DNA from: Takakia lepidozioides
Taxonomy: Eukaryota > Plantae > Bryophyta
Assembly: GCA_030704615.1 (NCBI GenBank)
Contig: JAKLZA010000376.1
Span: forward strand, 1 to 8,000
Direction: 5' to 3'
DNA: 8,000 nt
The position numbers and the translations under genes were made by a program. This document shows, one piece after another, positions 7,684 through 8,000 of this stretch. The notes under the pieces are model-generated. The model did no database searches. It worked only from the letters and a program-made list of their open reading frames with translations, and was not told the DNA's origin. How positions within the stretch are numbered: the first letter of the stretch is position 1; each line of letters starts with the position of its first letter.

Positions 7684-8000
7684 CATTCCACATTCGGGAA
7701 GGAGAAAGTGGCAATTATATTACATTCATCTTCTTGCACCCTATTTTTTTGTGAGGAATTATACACTTGGTGGTGCCGCATCGCCATGGCTACATGTGAA
7801 TTTCAGTGCCGCAATACATGAGAATGTGGTTTTTGGCCATGAATGGCATGCGCATGTTTTTTTTATTTTGGTTGTCTACAAATGGATCCGAGTAAAGCAT
7901 ACATTGTGTGGAGATTAACGGGCATTGAGGCCTATTTCAGCGCCGTTTATGGTCTATGTACTGCATAGTGCTTCCTTGTTACTGCTCTTTATTCAATTTG

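Larger units (their letters stand above)
2159..8000 (+). mobile_element. TIR DNA transposon B (left end at 2159, right end beyond the window), probably an internally deleted non-autonomous copy
   Basis: Starts with the 21-bp TIR shared with element A and interrupts the chromovirus pol frame. One palindrome family recurs at 2320-2605, 5010-6950 and 7795-7950, and it holds two divergent decayed genes. Confidence 0.75.

Overview
Eukaryotic, transposon-only window with GT-AG introns; it looks like a non-seed plant such as a bryophyte, which is an inference. Two related terminal-inverted-repeat (TIR) DNA elements lie in the same orientation: the right end of element A (1-980) and most of element B (2159 to beyond 8000). 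They share a perfect 21-bp terminal IR (GAGGTTTACTATTTCATGAGC), subterminal CATGAGC repeats and a paralogous SWIM zinc-finger gene end. Element B also carries a divergently oriented, spliced and decayed gene containing the SAM-binding half of a beta-class amino (N4C/N6A) DNA methyltransferase-like domain. Between its two genes is a ~1.8-kb array of a GGCGCC-centred palindrome (ATGAATTTCGGCGCCGAAATTCAT) spaced at 53, ~63 or 74 bp, i.e. whole helical turns, regardless of spacer sequence. Between A and B sits a chromovirus (Ty3/Gypsy) remnant (chromodomain, PPT, partial 3' LTR), itself interrupted by a ~530-bp element with 87-bp terminal direct repeats and internal hairpins. No transposase catalytic core is recognisable, so the superfamily of A/B is not assigned.
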